Shown here piece by piece: positions 61,727 to 64,000 of a DNA stretch of 64,000 nucleotides. The stretch spans positions 2,586-66,585 of the forward strand of contig QHRU01000045.1 of NCBI GenBank assembly GCA_003220225.1. The letters are read 5' to 3'. How positions within the stretch are numbered: position 1 is the first letter of the stretch; the number at the start of each line of letters is the position of its first letter. The notes beneath the pieces were generated by a model, which saw only the letters and a list, made by a program, of their open reading frames with translations, did no database searches and was not told the DNA's origin. Both the position numbers and the translations under genes were made by a program. This DNA comes from Candidatus Rokuibacteriota bacterium. Its GTDB lineage: Bacteria > Methylomirabilota > Methylomirabilia > Rokubacteriales > CSP1-6.

Positions 61727-62670
61727 TGCGCTCCGCGCGCGCGCTCACGCTCCTCGCCGGCTTCCTGGTCCTCGGCCTCGTCCCGGTGGTGGCCGCGCTC
61801 GCCAATCAGCCCTTCTATCTGGACCTGTTCCGGCGGATCATGATCTTCGCCATCGCCGCCGTCAGCCTCGATCTCATCCTGGGCTTCGGCGGCATGGTCA
61901 GCTTCGGCCACGCGGCGTACCTGGGCATCGGGGCCTACGCCGTCGCGATCCCGGCCTTCTACGGGATCCACAGCGGCCTCGTCCAGTGGCCGCTCGCGCT
62001 GGCGCTGTCGGGGCTGGCGGCGCTGGCCATCGGCGCCGTCTCGCTGCGGACGAGCGGCGTGTCGTTCATCATGATCACGCTCGCCTTCGCCCAGATGCTG
62101 TACTACCTCGGCATCTCCATCAACGCGTGGGGCGCCGACGACGGGATGCGGCTGGCGCGACGCAGCCAGTTCGGCGGCGTCGTGGACCTGGCGAACGCCT
62201 ACGTCTTCTACTACGTCGTCTTCGGCGTGCTCGTCGCGCTGCTCTGGCTCGGCCATCGCCTCATCCACGCGCGCTTCGGCGTCGTGATCCGCGCCGCCAA
62301 GTCCAACGAGCCGCGCATGCGCGCCATCGGGTTCGCGACGTTCCGCTACAAGCTGGCCGCGTTCGTGATCGCGGGCGCCGGGGGCGGGCTGGCCGGCGCG
62401 CTGCTGACCAACCAGACGGAGTACCTGACGCCCAGCTACATGCACTGGACACGCTCGGGCGACATCATGGTGATGGTGATCCTCGGCGGCATGGGCACGC
62501 TGTACGGCCCCGTGCTCGGCGCCGTCGCCTTCCTGCTGCTGGAGGACATCCTCTCGGCGTGGACGGTGCACTGGCAGGTCGTCCTGGGGCCGCTGCTCGT
62601 CCTGGTCGTCCTCTACGCGCGCCGCGGCCTCTATGGCCTGCTGCCCGGCGCGGGCGCGCGCGATGGCTGA
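61726..62670 (+). CDS. Branched-chain amino acid ABC permease (LivM-like)
   Basis: ATGA overlap with the upstream gene; 314 aa. Confidence 0.85.
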   Translation: MRSARALTLLAGFLVLGLVPVVAALANQPFYLDLFRRIMIFAIAAVSLDLILGFGGMVSFGHAAYLGIGAYAVAIPAFYGIHSGLVQWPLALALSGLAALAIGAVSLRTSGVSFIMITLAFAQMLYYLGISINAWGADDGMRLARRSQFGGVVDLANAYVFYYVVFGVLVALLWLGHRLIHARFGVVIRAAKSNEPRMRAIGFATFRYKLAAFVIAGAGGGLAGALLTNQTEYLTPSYMHWTRSGDIMVMVILGGMGTLYGPVLGAVAFLLLEDILSAWTVHWQVVLGPLLVLVVLYARRGLYGLLPGAGARDG

Positions 62671-63418
62671 GCCGCTGCTGGCGGTGCGCGGCCTCACCAA
62701 GCGCTTCGGCGGCCTCGTGGCCACCGACAGGGTGGACCTCGAGGTGGCGGACGGCGAGACGCTGGCCGTCATCGGGCCGAACGGCGCCGGCAAGACGACG
62801 CTGATCGGCCAGCTCTCCGGCGACCTCGTCCCCGACGCCGGCACGATCCGCTTCGCCGGCGAGGACGTCACGGCGCTGCCGGCGCCGACCCGCTCGCAGC
62901 GCGGCCTGGCGCGCTCGTTCCAGATCACGAGCATCTTTCCGGAGTTCACCGCGCTCGACAATGTCGCGCTGGCCGTGCAGGCCCACGCCGGACACAGCTT
63001 CCGCTTCTGGACGCCGGCCAGGGCGGAGCGGGCGCTGCGCGAGCCGGCCCGCGCGACGCTCGAGCAGGTCGGGTTGGGCGCGCGCGCCGCCGTCGCGGCG
63101 GGGACGCTCGCCCACGGCGAGCAGCGGCAGCTCGAGATCGCCATGGCGCTGGCCACGCGCCCGCGGCTGCTGCTCCTCGACGAGCCCGTCGCCGGCATGG
63201 GAGCCGACGAGTCGCAGCGCATGGTGCAGCTGCTGCGCGCGCTGCGCGGCCACCACACGATCGTCCTGGTCGAGCACGATATGGACGTCGTCTTCGCGCT
63301 GGCCGACCGGATCAGCGTGATGGTCTACGGCCGCGTCATCGCCAGCGGCGCCCCGGAGGCGATCCGCGCCAACGCCGAGGTCCGCCGCGCCTACCTCGGC
63401 GAGGAGATCCCGGCGTGA
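62663..63418 (+). CDS. ABC transporter ATP-binding protein (LivG-like)
   Basis: Walker A GPNGAGKTT; signature LAHGEQRQLEIA. Confidence 0.85.
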   Translation: MAEPLLAVRGLTKRFGGLVATDRVDLEVADGETLAVIGPNGAGKTTLIGQLSGDLVPDAGTIRFAGEDVTALPAPTRSQRGLARSFQITSIFPEFTALDNVALAVQAHAGHSFRFWTPARAERALREPARATLEQVGLGARAAVAAGTLAHGEQRQLEIAMALATRPRLLLLDEPVAGMGADESQRMVQLLRALRGHHTIVLVEHDMDVVFALADRISVMVYGRVIASGAPEAIRANAEVRRAYLGEEIPA

Positions 63419-64000
63419 CGCTGCGGCTCGAGGGCATCGAGGCCGCCTACGGCCTCAGCCAGGTCCTGTTCGGCATCAGCCTCGAGGTCCCCTCCGGCCG
63501 GCTCGTGACCCTGCTCGGCCGCAACGGCATGGGCAAGACGACCACCGTCCGCGCGGTGATGGGCATCGTGCCGATCCAGGCCGGACGCGTCCACTTCGAC
63601 GGACGCGCGCTGCACGGCCTGCCGCCGTACCGCGTGGCCCGGGCCGGCCTGGGGGTCGTGCCCGAGGGCCGCCAGGTGTTCCCGAACCTCACCGTCCGCG
63701 AGAACCTCGTCGCCACGGCCGCCAACCGGCGCCGGGCGGCCGAGCCGTGGAGCGTGGCGCGGGTGTTCGGCCTGTTTCCCCATCTGGCGGCCCGGGCCCG
63801 CAGCCTGGGCGGCACGCTGTCCGGCGGCGAGCAACAGATGCTCTCCATCGGTCGCGCCCTCATGACGAACCCCGCGCTGCTGATCCTCGACGAGGCCACC
63901 GAGGGGCTGGCGCCGCTCGTCCGGGCCGAGATCTGGGGCTGCCTCGAGCGCCTCAAGCAGAGCGGCCTGTCGATTCTGCTGATCGACAAGCACGTCGAGG
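63415..64000 (+). CDS. ABC transporter ATP-binding protein (LivF-like), 3' end outside window
   Basis: GTG start overlaps the upstream stop. Walker A GRNGMGKTT; signature LSGGEQQML. Confidence 0.85.
   Translation, partial: MTLRLEGIEAAYGLSQVLFGISLEVPSGRLVTLLGRNGMGKTTTVRAVMGIVPIQAGRVHFDGRALHGLPPYRVARAGLGVVPEGRQVFPNLTVRENLVATAANRRRAAEPWSVARVFGLFPHLAARARSLGGTLSGGEQQMLSIGRALMTNPALLILDEATEGLAPLVRAEIWGCLERLKQSGLSILLIDKHVE

Overview
The window is very G+C-rich (visually over 70%), bacterial, and gene-dense on both strands. I found no rRNA, tRNA, CRISPR array or transposase. Hand-derived coordinates may be off by 1-3 nt; where possible I used ORF-track boundaries.

The first ~11.8 kb is a single plus-strand operon of ten tightly overlapping genes. 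It encodes a partial methyl-accepting chemotaxis protein, a FrzE-like CheA-CheY hybrid kinase with two Hpt domains, an atypical receiver/Pro-rich/DUF4388 protein, a CheY-roadblock fusion, a large Pro-rich membrane protein, an MglA-type small GTPase, an MglB-type roadblock protein, a PilB/GspE-family ATPase whose N-terminal domain carries tandem MshEN-type (c-di-GMP receptor) motifs, a TPR-roadblock fusion and a stand-alone roadblock protein. This chemosensory / MglAB / multi-roadblock / regulatory-ATPase module is the most unusual system in the window.

The rest is mostly housekeeping and catabolic genes:
- a minus-strand pyrimidine operon (pyrR-pyrB-pyrC-carA-small ORF-carB-pyrF)
- hybrid and NtrY/NtrX two-component systems, and an fdrA/ylbE-like pair
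- an eight-gene minus-strand string lepA-lepB-hemW-hrcA-grpE-dnaJ-prmA-rsmE (no dnaK)
- a UDP-xylose-type sugar-nucleotide cluster (ugd, uxs, Trm112-like, nucleotidyltransferase)
- a caa3-type cytochrome oxidase operon with fused subunits I+III
- acyl-CoA dehydrogenases, an aromatic-type CoA-ligase/thioesterase/RidA/LigB-dioxygenase cluster, a tannase-family esterase
- the start of a Liv-type ABC transporter

Superimposed on the genes is a family of REP/MITE-like palindromic intergenic elements in at least five loci, including a three-copy tandem array that abuts the archease start codon. A separate 57-bp direct repeat disrupts the 3' end of the ridA-family gene.
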